DNA of 64,000 nt, taken from assembly GCA_963735595.1 (NCBI GenBank), contig CAVTLK010000002.1, positions 448,001 through 512,000 of the forward strand, given 5' to 3'. Every line of letters begins with the position of its first letter. The first letter of the stretch is position 1. Position numbers and translations under genes: made by a program. The stretch is from an uncultured delta proteobacterium (GTDB lineage: Bacteria > Desulfobacterota > Zymogenia > Zymogenales > Zymogenaceae). Below the pieces are notes generated by a model that saw only the letters and a list, made by a program, of their open reading frames with translations, made no database searches and was not told the DNA's origin. Positions 38,867 through 50,359 of the stretch are shown here, in pieces.

Positions 38867-41056
38867 CTATTCCTTATTCTTAATCAGATGGTGCTTCTGC
38901 ATCTTCCGCCACAGGGTCGTTCGATTAATATTAAGCGCGCGGGCCGCAAGCCCCCGGTTTCCTTTATAGCGGTTTAGGACTTCCTGGATCATCTTTTTCT
39001 CCGACCCCTCTATCTCGTCCTTGAACGAGGTATACTCGTCTTCTTCGCCGTCCTTCGGCAGCAGCTCTCGGGGAAGATGGCGTCGGGTAATAGTATCACC
39101 TGAGGAAACGACGAGCATGCGTTCGATGATATTCTCAAGCTCGCGGATATTTCCGGGAAATTCATGGCTCATCAGGACATCCATCACGTCATCCGATACG
39201 GTCACAACGGGCTTACCCATCCTGATGGATAGCTTCTTGAGGAAATGCGTGATAAGGAGCGGGATATCCTCGCGGCGCTCTCTCATCTCGGGGAGGGCTA
39301 TCCGTACCACGTTGACGCGATAGTAGAGGTCCTCGCGAAAATTACCGAGCCCCACCTCCATCCCGAGGTCCCGGTTGGTGGCGCAGATAATCCGCGCGTC
39401 CAGGTCGTACGAGGTGATCGATCCCAGAGGCTCATAGCGGCGTTGTTCGAGGACGCGGACCAGCTTGACCTGCAGCGGCTTTGCGAGCTCTCCGATCTCA
39501 TCCAGGAGGATAGTTCCGCCTCCGGCGGCGGTAAACCTCCCGACCTTATCCCGGACGGCATCGGTAAAGGCCCCCTTCACATATCCAAAGAGCTCCGATT
39601 CAATGAGGCTTTCGGGTATTGCCGCGCAGTTGACTGCCACGAACGGGCCGTTCTTTCGGGGCGAGAGGCTATGAATCGCCCTGGCAAACAATTCCTTCCC
39701 TGTGCCGCTTTTCCCCTCTATGAGCACGGTGCTGTCGCTTTCCGCAACGGCCGGCAGGATTGCGAATATCTCGCGCATCTTTTTGTTCTTGCTTACGATA
39801 TCGAGAAATGTGTATTTCTCATCGATCTCTTTTTTCAGGTCTCTAATGGCCGTAAGGTCCCGAAAGGTTACTACCGCGCCGATCCCCTTTCCTGACGTAT
39901 CGGATACGTGTGAAACCGAAAGTGAAACCGGTACGGCGGTCTTATTGCGCGCGATGAACTCATCATCCTGATCCAGAAGATCAAGGCCCGTATCGCACGA
40001 CTGAATAAGGGCGGAGGTATTCCTGCCGGCCCCATAGAGTGTCTCGCTGTAATGGCGCTTAAGGGCTTTCCTGTGGGGGATCCCGAGGATCTTTTCGGCC
40101 GCCGCGTTAAAATAGGTGATTATTCCGGCCGCGTCGATAATGAATACGCCGTCCGCGACGGTGTTGAGCGTTTTGTCTATTACGCGCTTGCGGGTCGTAA
40201 TATCTCTGACGATCCCCTGATAACCGATTATGGCCCCCGATCCGTCTCTAATAGCGACGGCGGAGATAAGACAGTCCAACGGGGTGCCGTCTTTCCGAAC
40301 AAGGACGGCCTCGTGGTCTTTTACCGAGCCCTGGCGGTCGATGCGTTCCATAAACAGCGGCCAGGCCTTGGGGTCTTGGAATATGTCGCCGGGATGGCGC
40401 GCAGCGATATCGTCCTCACCGAATCCAAAGAGCTCCAGTCCCGCCCGATTGATTTCGAAGGAGTCCCGATCCGTCGAAGCGATTATAACGGCGTCGGTCG
40501 AGGTTTCAAAGAGGTTCCTCCACTTATGTTCCGATTCTCTCAACGACGCCTCGGCCCGCAGCCGTTCGGCGGCCTCACGGGTGAGGCGTTCGTTCGCCGC
40601 CTCCAGGTCTGCCGTCCTCTCCCGCACGCGCCGCTCGAGGGAATCGCGGGCGGCCCGCAGCGAATCCTCGATGCGCTTGCGTTCCAACGCGTATCGAAGG
40701 GTACGCACCAGGATATCGGGGGTGATTTTCCCTTTTGTCAGGTAATCCTGGGCGCCTTCCTTGAGGGCACGTACCGCCGTTTCCTCGTCGTCGACGGCCG
40801 AACATATCACAATGGGCTCGTGACTGAGACCCTCTGCGACCGCCCGGAACGTCGGCAGTCCCTCGCTGTCGGGCAGATTCAGGTCCAACAGGACGATATC
40901 CGGCGGGTTTGACCGGATGCCGGCTAATCCCTCGGAGAGGGTCCCGGCGGTTGAAAGGACGAACTGCGGGGATTGCGCCTCGGAGAGGATGTCGGAGATA
41001 ATGCGCCGATCCCAGGAATTGTCCTCGATGTGCAGAATACTAACCGATTCAGTCAC
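38867..41056 (-). CDS. sigma54-dependent transcriptional activator (REC-PAS-PAS-AAA+-HTH)
   Basis: LHIED..LLDLNLPD receiver, two PAS domains, GKSGTGKE, ELFGYVKGAFTDA, RTTLWRKM. Likely start GTG 41056. Confidence 0.9.
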   Translation of the reverse strand: MTESVSILHIEDNSWDRRIISDILSEAQSPQFVLSTAGTLSEGLAGIRSNPPDIVLLDLNLPDSEGLPTFRAVAEGLSHEPIVICSAVDDEETAVRALKEGAQDYLTKGKITPDILVRTLRYALERKRIEDSLRAARDSLERRVRERTADLEAANERLTREAAERLRAEASLRESEHKWRNLFETSTDAVIIASTDRDSFEINRAGLELFGFGEDDIAARHPGDIFQDPKAWPLFMERIDRQGSVKDHEAVLVRKDGTPLDCLISAVAIRDGSGAIIGYQGIVRDITTRKRVIDKTLNTVADGVFIIDAAGIITYFNAAAEKILGIPHRKALKRHYSETLYGAGRNTSALIQSCDTGLDLLDQDDEFIARNKTAVPVSLSVSHVSDTSGKGIGAVVTFRDLTAIRDLKKEIDEKYTFLDIVSKNKKMREIFAILPAVAESDSTVLIEGKSGTGKELFARAIHSLSPRKNGPFVAVNCAAIPESLIESELFGYVKGAFTDAVRDKVGRFTAAGGGTILLDEIGELAKPLQVKLVRVLEQRRYEPLGSITSYDLDARIICATNRDLGMEVGLGNFREDLYYRVNVVRIALPEMRERREDIPLLITHFLKKLSIRMGKPVVTVSDDVMDVLMSHEFPGNIRELENIIERMLVVSSGDTITRRHLPRELLPKDGEEDEYTSFKDEIEGSEKKMIQEVLNRYKGNRGLAARALNINRTTLWRKMQKHHLIKNKE

Positions 41057-41192
41057 CGATTGCCTCTTCCTATCGCTAAATATTTCACTGGATCCGTGAA
41101 TTATATGGTATACGTATAACGTATGTAAAGCATTAATATTTTGCACCAATACTGTAGATGCGGCACCGCTTGTTAATAAATGAGCTGCTTGG

Positions 41193-41885
41193 GTGTGCAT
41201 TATGTCGGCGCTGAAGCTATCCGATTATTACTGGCTGGTGAAGTTCTTTCCTCAAAAAAAAATGAGGAATATCTCGCCGTCGCTCTCAGGTGTGCTGCTG
41301 GACGTTGGAATCGCAGATAACCCGTATACGGATATTTTCGGCTCGTACGTGAGTCGGTATATCGCCCTGGATATCTTATGGAATACCGCCATTGACGTGC
41401 AGGCCGACGCAGTCCATCTTCCATTTCAAAACGGAAGCATCGACGTTGTCCTCTGCGTTGATGCGCTCTACTTTATTCCGGAGCCGTGGAAAGCCTTCTC
41501 GGAATTCGAGCGCGTTCTCAAACCGGGCGGTCGTCTTGTTGTCTTTGCGAGTCAATCCTGGCGCACCATGGACGAAAAGACCGACTATTATCGGTTCACG
41601 AAGAACGGCCTTTCATACCTTGCGCAAAGGGCGGGGTTGCAGGTCATCGAGTCAAAACCGTTAGATGGATTTTGGGCGAAGATGGGGGCGCAGGTAAACT
41701 ACTATCTATTCAGAATTCAGAAGAAAAGCGTGTTGTGGAGCTTCCTGTTCAGGGCAGTATACGCATGCAACAATGCTTTCTTTTATTTTCTTAATAAGAT
41801 TAATAATATCGAAACGGATACAATAAATAACTCGCTTATTGCCGTCAAGAGGAATGTGACCGAGGGCAGCGATCGCTCCCTTTGA
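41193..41885 (+). CDS. Class I SAM-dependent methyltransferase
   Basis: LLDVG, DAVHLPFQNGSIDVVLC, RVLKPGGRL, DYYRFT. Confidence 0.78.
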   Translation: MCIMSALKLSDYYWLVKFFPQKKMRNISPSLSGVLLDVGIADNPYTDIFGSYVSRYIALDILWNTAIDVQADAVHLPFQNGSIDVVLCVDALYFIPEPWKAFSEFERVLKPGGRLVVFASQSWRTMDEKTDYYRFTKNGLSYLAQRAGLQVIESKPLDGFWAKMGAQVNYYLFRIQKKSVLWSFLFRAVYACNNAFFYFLNKINNIETDTINNSLIAVKRNVTEGSDRSL

Positions 41886-41900
41886 CGAGAGAAAGGCGTT

Positions 41901-43370
41901 TTACGTGGGGGTTTTTGCGTCACGGAGAAAAATGTTTACAGCCAGATACCTCAATTCCTTCTTGATATCCTTTACAATCAACAGCATTATCGAAATATAA
42001 AGGAGTATCGAAACAAGAATCAGGCCGAAAAAAAAGAGAAACGTCATATCTTTCCCACTCCAGATCCATACTCCGTACGGCAGACCGATAACCGCGATTG
42101 ACACGAGAAGCGGACGGATAGCCTGATTGATCAGCTCGCGGGCGATCGCGGGGAAAAAGCCGTTCATGAGAAAACATATTATCACGATACAGATGAAATT
42201 CAGGGACGCAATAAAAGAGGCGAGTCCCGAAATCCCCAGATAGCGTACTACCGGCACAATACCCATCAGCATAAGGGCAAGTTGACCGAGATTCAGCCAG
42301 AAGACCTCCCGAACTTTACCCATCGACATGAAGAGGGCCCCCGCATGAGAGAAAAGGGAGCGGAGCAGGCCATATACGGTGAGAATCTGGGCGCACAGAA
42401 TTGCCTTATCCCACTTTCCATTATAAAAGAGGTGGAAAAAATGCGGGATATACCAGACAATACCGACGGCCAACGGGATGTTTATGATCGCCAGCCAGCG
42501 GTAGGCCATCAGATAGGTATCCCGGACCCTGCTGAGGTCGGAGCCCATCTTGATAAATGCGGGATACAGCACCTTGGACATCGCGTGGGAGATCTGCGTT
42601 GCCACGACACTTCCTATACGGTAGGCGATATCATAATACCCCAGGGTTGCAGTCCCGAGGATTCTTCCCACGCTGACGCTGTCGATATTTCGTATCACGA
42701 AGTTTATCGTCGTTGAGGACATTGCGTATGATCCGAACCCGGCAAGCTCCCTCAGCACGAAGGGGTGAAATCTGAGTGTCGGGTGCCACGGCGACACGGC
42801 GAACGTCGCCACCAGCCCAACGATGCACAGCGCCAGATATCCGAAGATAATACTCCAGTATTTGAACCCGTACCACGCCAGAACAAGACAGACAACAAAG
42901 TAAGCTAAAAACGACAACACCTCCGGCACAGCCCGCCTCTTGAAAGCCATCTCCTTTTCCATCAGGGAGGTGGGAATCGAGGAAAAGGCGGTGATCACCA
43001 GCGAGAAGGGGAGAACCTTCATCACGTCTTCAACGGCCGGATTACCAAAAAAGACCGCCGCGGGGCGCGCCAACAGCCAGCCGACAAGAAACAGAAAAAG
43101 ACTGATCGTGACGGAAATGACGAGCGTCGTGTTGGCCGCCTCGCTGACATTTTTCTTTTGGTAGATGATTGCCTGGTTCATTCCGAAGTCGCGAAACAGG
43201 CCGAGGGAGGCGGTGATTAGATTGGCAACGGATACGACTCCGAAGTCGTCTGGGGCAAGGATACCGGCCAGCACCAGGGTGGTCAGCATCGTCAGGGAGC
43301 GGGAAAAGGCGGAGCTCACTGTCACCCAGTAAAATGAGTCGGTAATCGTTCCCTTGAAACTCCCGGTCAA
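41901..43370 (-). CDS. wzx: Polysaccharide flippase (Wzx family)
   Basis: LAGILAPDDFG, DFGMNQAII, GRILGTATLGYY; about 12 TM helices. Confidence 0.85.
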   Translation of the reverse strand: MTGSFKGTITDSFYWVTVSSAFSRSLTMLTTLVLAGILAPDDFGVVSVANLITASLGLFRDFGMNQAIIYQKKNVSEAANTTLVISVTISLFLFLVGWLLARPAAVFFGNPAVEDVMKVLPFSLVITAFSSIPTSLMEKEMAFKRRAVPEVLSFLAYFVVCLVLAWYGFKYWSIIFGYLALCIVGLVATFAVSPWHPTLRFHPFVLRELAGFGSYAMSSTTINFVIRNIDSVSVGRILGTATLGYYDIAYRIGSVVATQISHAMSKVLYPAFIKMGSDLSRVRDTYLMAYRWLAIINIPLAVGIVWYIPHFFHLFYNGKWDKAILCAQILTVYGLLRSLFSHAGALFMSMGKVREVFWLNLGQLALMLMGIVPVVRYLGISGLASFIASLNFICIVIICFLMNGFFPAIARELINQAIRPLLVSIAVIGLPYGVWIWSGKDMTFLFFFGLILVSILLYISIMLLIVKDIKKELRYLAVNIFLRDAKTPT

Positions 43371-44170
43371 CGGCGGTCTCCGGCGGCGGAGTTGGGCCGC
43401 TTTCGAGCCGTCATCAGCAGAATATCGGAGCGGGCGCGGCTCATGAAGAGGGGATCAACCCGGTAGATGAGGCCACCGATGATTCTCTCAAGATCAACAT
43501 GGAGCTTGGTGAGCTGCCATTTGACGAACGAGTAGACGGAAGGAAGTGGGATCGGCTTTTTGAGCAGGTAGTTAACCGGAATGATTATCTCCGGGACAAG
43601 TCCCACTTTATCCATTGCGTTACGGTACGTCTCAAGATTACGATGTTGGTAATAGTAAGGCGGCCGCGGGGGGCCGGCATCTCGGAATGTATCGGTAATG
43701 AAAAGAACGCCGTTTTGATTCAGACTATCCGCGAGATTGGAAAGGGCCCGGCCAAAGGCATCGTCGGCGGTGATATAGTAAAGGACGTCAAGGCAATTTA
43801 CTATGTCAAAACGCCCCTTGGCTGCGAACGAAGATGAACCGATATCAGCCACTTCAAGGTCATACTGGGGATATAGGACCCGCAAATTTGAGATGCTTAG
43901 GTCGACAAGGTCTACCCCGGTAATACCGGCGGCTTCGGCTTTTCGATAGTACTCGATCCAATAGCCCGTGCCCGAGCCAACGTCAAAAACGTGTTTACCC
44001 GCAGCCCCCCCGTAGTGAGAAAGGGCCTTTTTCAGGGCGCGTTCGTAAGCTCGATAGACAAACGAATTATAGCCCTCATTAAAGGAGACGTGACCGCTGG
44101 AGCCGATGGTGAACTTCTTTTCATATCTTTTCTTCCAGTAATCCTTGACGACGTTCCGTTCATCTTCCAT
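43367..44170 (-). CDS. Class I SAM-dependent methyltransferase
   Basis: VFDVGSGTG, GVDL, FDIVNCLDVLYYI. Confidence 0.8.
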   Translation of the reverse strand: MEDERNVVKDYWKKRYEKKFTIGSSGHVSFNEGYNSFVYRAYERALKKALSHYGGAAGKHVFDVGSGTGYWIEYYRKAEAAGITGVDLVDLSISNLRVLYPQYDLEVADIGSSSFAAKGRFDIVNCLDVLYYITADDAFGRALSNLADSLNQNGVLFITDTFRDAGPPRPPYYYQHRNLETYRNAMDKVGLVPEIIIPVNYLLKKPIPLPSVYSFVKWQLTKLHVDLERIIGGLIYRVDPLFMSRARSDILLMTARKRPNSAAGDRR

Positions 44171-45407
44171 AACTGTATTTCCTCCGGTCCGGGAAGCTTT
44201 CCCAAGGGATGCCGATATATCCAGATAAACGGCGCCCGCGCCCGAGGATCAGGTGGTCGGTCCTTGTTCCATTGATCTCGATAACCGCGCGCGAGACGTC
44301 CGGGACGAGAAAACAAATTCCCCGAAGATCAGTTATATCGGGGACGCGATCCCCTGAAACGGGATCGGCGATCCCCTGGATGGAGACGACTGTATGGCCG
44401 CCGGTCCGTACGGCCCTAAAGCGAAGGTGCCGATGCACCAGATGGTATGAGAGGAGCCTTTCTGTCGTGGTAACGAGGATTTCCCGTCGGTCGCAATAGT
44501 GCACGAGTCTCATGAGCGCTTGACGCTCCTGGTCTGAAAAAAGGGTACCCGGCTCTCCCTGAGGGATACCGAGATGGATGTAGGCCACCATATATCCCCC
44601 CTTCCGGGACAGCGTTTTTAGGTTTTCGGCAGAAAGTATCTCCCCGAGGTTGTTGCGATGGGCGCAGTCCCACCGGCCGAACCGTCTAAAGGCCCAGAAA
44701 GTTTGATTGTCGGCAAGAGTAACCGGGAACAGCAAGTCATTGGTGGAATGGTCGAGAGGCGATTTGCCCGAAACAATCATTTTGGCAAGATATCTTAGGT
44801 GCCCCAGCGACCTTACGACGAAAGAAGGGTGAAATCGTTTGTTTCGATAGGTATCCTTGATGGTCAGTTTCCTTGCCTGTCCGACGTGGGGGGAAAGGTC
44901 ACCGACCCACAGGAAACGCACTCCGATCGGAACCAGGAGGTCGGCAATGTAGGCGTCGGACACCGGGTCGTCGCCCGACGCAATTCGAATATTCTGGCGG
45001 TTATGTCTGTCCCCATGATTTGTCCAGATGGGCAGGCTGATCCCCTCTCGAAGGAGCGCCTCAACGGCTCTGACCATTGTCTTCCTATCGACCCCTCCGA
45101 CCCCTGAGTAGTTCCCGAGGGCATGGAGGCTATCGATCTTTTCCGCCTTGATCATCTTACGAATTGCAGCGAGATAGGTCGAGGGTGAAAAAGAAGGATA
45201 CTCCAAAAGAGAGAAGGCATTATAATCGGCCCCGGTCATCTGATACGCGAAGATCGAATCGGCAAGGGGTATGCTGAGGTCATCAAACACCTTGTGCACC
45301 GCGCGAAAACTCTCCCATGGGGTCCCGTCGATATCGTTGCTGATGGACAGAATCGCCCGATAGGGATAGGGAAAGGGGAGGAGTGAAACCTTATGAACCA
45401 TCGACAC
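44160..45407 (-). CDS. Hypothetical polysaccharide deacetylase-like protein
   Basis: LSISNDID, IDSLH, WTNHG and YIHLG His/Asp motifs; lies within a glycan cluster. Confidence 0.5.
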   Translation of the reverse strand: MSMVHKVSLLPFPYPYRAILSISNDIDGTPWESFRAVHKVFDDLSIPLADSIFAYQMTGADYNAFSLLEYPSFSPSTYLAAIRKMIKAEKIDSLHALGNYSGVGGVDRKTMVRAVEALLREGISLPIWTNHGDRHNRQNIRIASGDDPVSDAYIADLLVPIGVRFLWVGDLSPHVGQARKLTIKDTYRNKRFHPSFVVRSLGHLRYLAKMIVSGKSPLDHSTNDLLFPVTLADNQTFWAFRRFGRWDCAHRNNLGEILSAENLKTLSRKGGYMVAYIHLGIPQGEPGTLFSDQERQALMRLVHYCDRREILVTTTERLLSYHLVHRHLRFRAVRTGGHTVVSIQGIADPVSGDRVPDITDLRGICFLVPDVSRAVIEINGTRTDHLILGRGRRLSGYIGIPWESFPDRRKYSYGR

Positions 45408-46597
45408 CCTGTCTACTCCAGAGGCTTCTTAGGTAAAAATCGGCCGATAGACAGAAGCGCTTTATGCCCCTCTGCGTGAAATGCGCCAACATCAGGTGGT
45501 CTTCCTGGTCGGTCCAGAAATATTTGTAGTTATCGGTTCCTCTGAGGAAGAGGTACTCGTCGATTCCCCAAGATTTGGCATGGAGCATCTCATTGTGGAA
45601 AAGGACAAGCCCGGCCCGGTTTTTTTCCCACCGCACATCCATGCCCGCGTTGTAGTAGTAGAGGCGGCGGTTCATGACAAAATTAAGATGGATCGCCGCG
45701 ATATGATCCCCTACGGATATCCAGGTAAAGAGGAGCCTCCCGGCGTCAAAAAGCCGCCGGGACGCGCTGTGTAAGAAGTCACGGAACGGCGGGGTGGTAA
45801 GTTTCGTGAATCTACCGGTCCTCCTGCTGCGCCCTTCGTGGAGCGTCAGAAATATCCTGAATGTCTCATCGAAATCATTGCCGACCAAACCAGTTCCGAA
45901 GTGATACCGGCAGTGCCGTGCGAATGAGCGCTCATATTCGACGAGGCGCCGGAGTGTCTTTGATTCCTTCATGTCCCGGCCATATCGCAACGGGTCAATT
46001 ACGGCGCGGGGGCACAGATCTTTAACGCTCTGGTGGACTATAAGCCCGGCGCTTCGGGCCGCTTCGATCAGGATTGGATATAATGGGGATTCTCCGACAA
46101 TATCTTTCAACTCGATGAAAGACCACTCCCGTTTTCGCGCCGTAAGATAGCGAACCCAGAACGAGACGGCGGGATCTTCCATACCGCGCCGAATGATAAA
46201 GTCCAGGTAATCGGTGGCGGTATAATCCTGCCCGATGGTATGGACTGCGTTCAACCGCCACATGAAGAAAGACTTGCGGGTGGAAATAAAATGGGGGAAG
46301 ACGGCCACCGGTTTATCGTGGAGATAGAGGACGACTATAAAGAGGCCGACGGCCGCCTCCATAATATTCCCACCAGGTGAAAAGCCACTCCCAGGATGAG
46401 AATACGGAGGCACCGCTGTCGGCAATGAGCGTTCCCCACGCTTCCTGAAGTTCCAGAAATCCTTGCCGGTCCGATATAAAGACGAGTCTGAATGCCTCGT
46501 GGATTTCGGCACACGCGGGCACGTCGCTGCGCATTCGGGTGGAATCGATTGGAGAGACGTTACCCGTCTTCATATAGAAAGACCCGCTTTTTATCAC
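45391..46597 (-). CDS. GNAT acetyltransferase (CelD/BcsL-like); frameshift near 46340
   Basis: FSSWEWLFTWW, TDYLDFI, YYYNAGMD, FLRGTDNYKYFW. Confidence 0.75.
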
Positions 46598-46701
46598 ATC
46601 GTGCGTGGCGAAAAACGCCGTGCCCGTGATCGCCCGGCCGCCGCGCCGCAGGTTTTTTACCTTTGCTTTATGCGCACCATTATGTCACAATATTTATTAC
46701 A

Positions 46702-47985
46702 ATGCAATCACCCCGACGAGACCGCACGGCAAAGCGAGTAATCTTTATAGCTCACAACTTTCCGCCCATGGGCGGCGGGGGTGTACAGCGGAGTGTCAAG
46801 TTCGTCAAATATCTACCCGAATTCGGCTGGGAGCCGGTGGTGGTGGCAGCAGCGGACCGCCACTACTGGGCGCGGGACGATACGCTGCTTAGCGATATCC
46901 CTCCGGGCACACGTGTTATGAGGCTCTCTCCTGCCAGGCCCCACCTTTTATATTCGCTGTTTGCCGCGATAACTTCCGACGCCGTCTCGCGGAAGATCCT
47001 GGATAACATCTTCATCCCCGATGACCGCATCATTTGGGCGCTCAAGGCGGCCCTATGCGCCCGCACGATTGTCAGAGAAGGCACGATCAGGCTCATCTAC
47101 ACCACCTCCCCGCCCCACAGCGCCCATACCGCCGGGCTTATCCTCAAGCGGATGACAGGGTTACCCTGGGTGGCGGACTTCCGGGATCCCTGGACGGGTG
47201 ACTTTCGCTATAATCCGCCGACACGATGGGTCAGAAAAGTGCATACCTGCTGCGAAAGGAAGATCCTTGAAGAAGCCGACCGGGTCATTTGCATCACCGA
47301 GTCAACGCGGCACAGCTATATAACCGGCTTTGGAATCGATCCGGGACGTCTTGTGACGATCTATAACGGTTTTGATGCCTCTGACTTCGGCGTCGACTAT
47401 AGACGCCGGGACGCATCCTCCAACCGGATTATGATCACTCATTCCGGATCGTTTTACGGTACCTATTTTCCCGATACGTTCATTCATGCCCTGGCCGAGG
47501 TCCTGAATAACGATGCGGACCTGAGAAAACGTATAACCATGCGGTTCATCGGGGTTATGGAAAAGGGGATGGAGGAGAGAATTCGGCGGGTTCTCCCCGA
47601 CCATTGTATGTTTTCCGGATACGTGAGCCATCCCGAGGCGGTGAAAGCCGTTATGGAATCGGACATCAACCTGATCGCGCTGCCGGTCGAGGAAAGGGTA
47701 TTGTATATGGTCTCCGGTAAGCTCTTCGAATACCTTGCCGCCGGGAAGCCGATTCTGGCCATTGCCCCGCGGGGCGAAGCTGCGCATATCATTGAAACGG
47801 CAAAAGCGGGGATAGTCCTCTCCCAAAACGGAGTGCATGAGCTTTCTGATGCCCTGCGCCGCGCGATCCCACTGCTGGCGGGGACAGGTGGCGGCGTGTC
47901 GGACAAAAGGACGATAGACGGATTTGAGAGAAAGCGCCTGACAGGACAACTCGCCCGGGTTTTCGATGACGCTATCGGGGAATAG
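46702..47985 (+). CDS. Glycosyltransferase family 4
   Basis: FPPMGGGGVQRSVKFVKYL, ADFRDPW, SGKLFEYLAAGKP. Confidence 0.85.
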   Translation: MQSPRRDRTAKRVIFIAHNFPPMGGGGVQRSVKFVKYLPEFGWEPVVVAAADRHYWARDDTLLSDIPPGTRVMRLSPARPHLLYSLFAAITSDAVSRKILDNIFIPDDRIIWALKAALCARTIVREGTIRLIYTTSPPHSAHTAGLILKRMTGLPWVADFRDPWTGDFRYNPPTRWVRKVHTCCERKILEEADRVICITESTRHSYITGFGIDPGRLVTIYNGFDASDFGVDYRRRDASSNRIMITHSGSFYGTYFPDTFIHALAEVLNNDADLRKRITMRFIGVMEKGMEERIRRVLPDHCMFSGYVSHPEAVKAVMESDINLIALPVEERVLYMVSGKLFEYLAAGKPILAIAPRGEAAHIIETAKAGIVLSQNGVHELSDALRRAIPLLAGTGGGVSDKRTIDGFERKRLTGQLARVFDDAIGE

Positions 47986-47991
47986 TCGACT

Positions 47992-49125
47992 ATGCGAATC
48001 GGCTATATACTTGAGAATATGAAAGGAGGGTGGCTCACCTACGAGATCGACGCGCTGGCCGATCTCTGGGCGGAGATTACCATCCATCCCGTCAATCCCG
48101 CGACCTATGAAGTATTTGGGGTGGATGCCCGGTATCGAACCAGGACAATTCCCGGAGATCTCGTCAGGGCGGGAGCAATCTCTTTTGTCCATCCGGTTGC
48201 CGCGTCCGGCCTTTTCAGGAGACTGTCATCGTATGCGGGAAGGAAAATAGCTCTGGCTGCGCTTTCCACGGCCTGGGTAGTCGGCAGGCAGAAGCCGGAC
48301 ATTCTCCACGCCCATTTCGCCACAGCCCCCGCCGCCGCGGCATGGGCGGCGTCACGGCTCACCGGTATTCCGTACGGGTTTTCCGCGCACGCCTACGACC
48401 TGTTCAAGGAGCCGATAGACCGGGAGTTTCTCACCCAAAAATGCGCCGACGCCGCCTTCGTCCGCTGTATCTCCGACTATAACCGCCGCTATCTTATGCA
48501 GACCACGGGGGTCGATGAGACGAAGTTTCACGTCATTCACTGCGGGATCGATACGCGCCGCTTCGCCGTTGACGGGAAGGGGCCGGAGGGACATCCCCGT
48601 AAAAAGACGATTGTGACGATGGGCAACCTCGTTGAGCAGAAGGGAATTCGGCATCTCGTTGAGGCGCTTTCCGATCCGACGCTCAAACGCAATGGCTACC
48701 GGGCGGTCATCGTGGGAGACGGACCGCTCCGGGAGGAGCTGACCGCGCAGGCGCTGTCACTGGGTGTCGAGGCCCAGTTTACCGGGGTCGTGGATAATAG
48801 TGAGATCATGCGGTTCTACCGGGAGGCCGATCTTTTTGTCCTGCCGAGCGTGATCTGCCCCGACGGGCACAGGGACGGCATCCCGGTCGTCCTCATGGAG
48901 GCGATGGCCTGCGGCGTTCCGGTCATATCGACGAGGCTGTCCGGGATACCCGAGCTGGTCGAAGACGGTGTGAGCGGTATCCTGGTGCCGGAAAAGGACC
49001 CCCGGTCGCTTTCCGGCGCGATCGGTACCCTCCTTGCCAACGCCGATATGGGAGGCGGTTTTCGATCGAAGGACGGAAAAAGGTCGTCAATGAATTTGAA
49101 ATCAGACAAGTGGGCCGTCAGTTGA
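47992..49125 (+). CDS. Glycosyltransferase family 4 (C-terminus probably frameshifted)
   Basis: LHAHFA, AHAYDLF, DGIPVVLMEAMACG. Confidence 0.85.
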   Translation: MRIGYILENMKGGWLTYEIDALADLWAEITIHPVNPATYEVFGVDARYRTRTIPGDLVRAGAISFVHPVAASGLFRRLSSYAGRKIALAALSTAWVVGRQKPDILHAHFATAPAAAAWAASRLTGIPYGFSAHAYDLFKEPIDREFLTQKCADAAFVRCISDYNRRYLMQTTGVDETKFHVIHCGIDTRRFAVDGKGPEGHPRKKTIVTMGNLVEQKGIRHLVEALSDPTLKRNGYRAVIVGDGPLREELTAQALSLGVEAQFTGVVDNSEIMRFYREADLFVLPSVICPDGHRDGIPVVLMEAMACGVPVISTRLSGIPELVEDGVSGILVPEKDPRSLSGAIGTLLANADMGGGFRSKDGKRSSMNLKSDKWAVS

Positions 49126-49164
49126 TGGAGATATTTTCCGGCTGCGCGAATAGAGGGGGGGGTA

Positions 49165-50358
49165 GTGGCCGCGAAACATAAGAAGGACGATAGGCGCGAA
49201 AAGAATCTCTTTTACGCCTGCTGTGAAGACCTGACCCGGGAGGGGGCGTGGACCGTTCATATCCGTGAGGTGGTCAACAACTGGGAGAAGCTGGGGGTAC
49301 CGGTTACCCTTTTTGCCCCCCGGATACGGCCCTTTTCCGTTCCCCCGGTTTGCGACGTCATATACGTCCCGACGATAGACGTGAGGATTGTCAGCGAATA
49401 CCTCTATCTTGCCATACTTCCCTTTTATATCCTCCTCTTCGGCCTGAGGCGGCGGCCGGACGCCCTCTACTGCCGGGAGATGAACCTTATGGCCCCGGTC
49501 GTGTGCGTAGCCCGCCTGTTGGGTATACCCGTCATCATGGAGATAAACGGATTTCTTCTCGGCGACTTGCGAATGATCGGGGCCTCCCGCTTGAGGTTGT
49601 CGATCTTTCGATTCTTTCAGATGATAAACCTCAGGTTGGCCGACTCCATCGTTTTTGCCGGGAAGGACTATATCGACCTCTTCGGCCAGGAATACAACAT
49701 CGAAAAAGAAAAGGCGCGCTTCGTCCCCAACGGGGTTGACACGGACCTCTTTTCTCCCGGCAATAGACAAGAGGCGGCGCGGCTTATCGGCCTTGACCCG
49801 GCAAGAACATACGTGACCTTCGTCGGCACGTTCCATCCTCACTCGCTTACGCCGCTCATTATCAGGGCGGCCCGGCGGATTGTCGGGAGGTACGACGATA
49901 TTGACTTTCTTATGGTCGGGGAAGGGCACGATCTTGCCACGTGCAGGGCGATGGCGGGGAAAATGGGAATTTCCGATCGCGTTATCTTCCGGGGGACACA
50001 AAAAAACCGCGATGTCCCGAACTACTTACGGTCCTCGGCCTTATTGATCAACCTTATCGAGGGTTCGGAAGACTGTGGGAGCATGAAACTCCTTGAATAC
50101 ATGTCGTCGGGAGGGGCCGTCGTCGTAAACAAGGGATCAGCCTTCGGTATTTCGTTGACCCATCGCAAAGACTGCTGCATCATAAAAGAGACGATACCGG
50201 AGGCCCTTGCCGAAGCCATTGAGACCCTCCTCGGCGACGCCGCCACGAGACAAAAGATGGGAATGAACGCCCGCAGGCTTATCATCGACCATTTCAGCTG
50301 GAAAAAGACGGCCGAAAAGCTCATTTCGGTTATCGACGAGGTGGGCAATCGACACTAA
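49165..50358 (+). CDS. Glycosyltransferase family 4
   Basis: VPNGVDTDLF, SMKLLEYMSSG, FSWKK. Confidence 0.82.
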   Translation: MAAKHKKDDRREKNLFYACCEDLTREGAWTVHIREVVNNWEKLGVPVTLFAPRIRPFSVPPVCDVIYVPTIDVRIVSEYLYLAILPFYILLFGLRRRPDALYCREMNLMAPVVCVARLLGIPVIMEINGFLLGDLRMIGASRLRLSIFRFFQMINLRLADSIVFAGKDYIDLFGQEYNIEKEKARFVPNGVDTDLFSPGNRQEAARLIGLDPARTYVTFVGTFHPHSLTPLIIRAARRIVGRYDDIDFLMVGEGHDLATCRAMAGKMGISDRVIFRGTQKNRDVPNYLRSSALLINLIEGSEDCGSMKLLEYMSSGGAVVVNKGSAFGISLTHRKDCCIIKETIPEALAEAIETLLGDAATRQKMGMNARRLIIDHFSWKKTAEKLISVIDEVGNRH

Positions 50359-50359
50359 G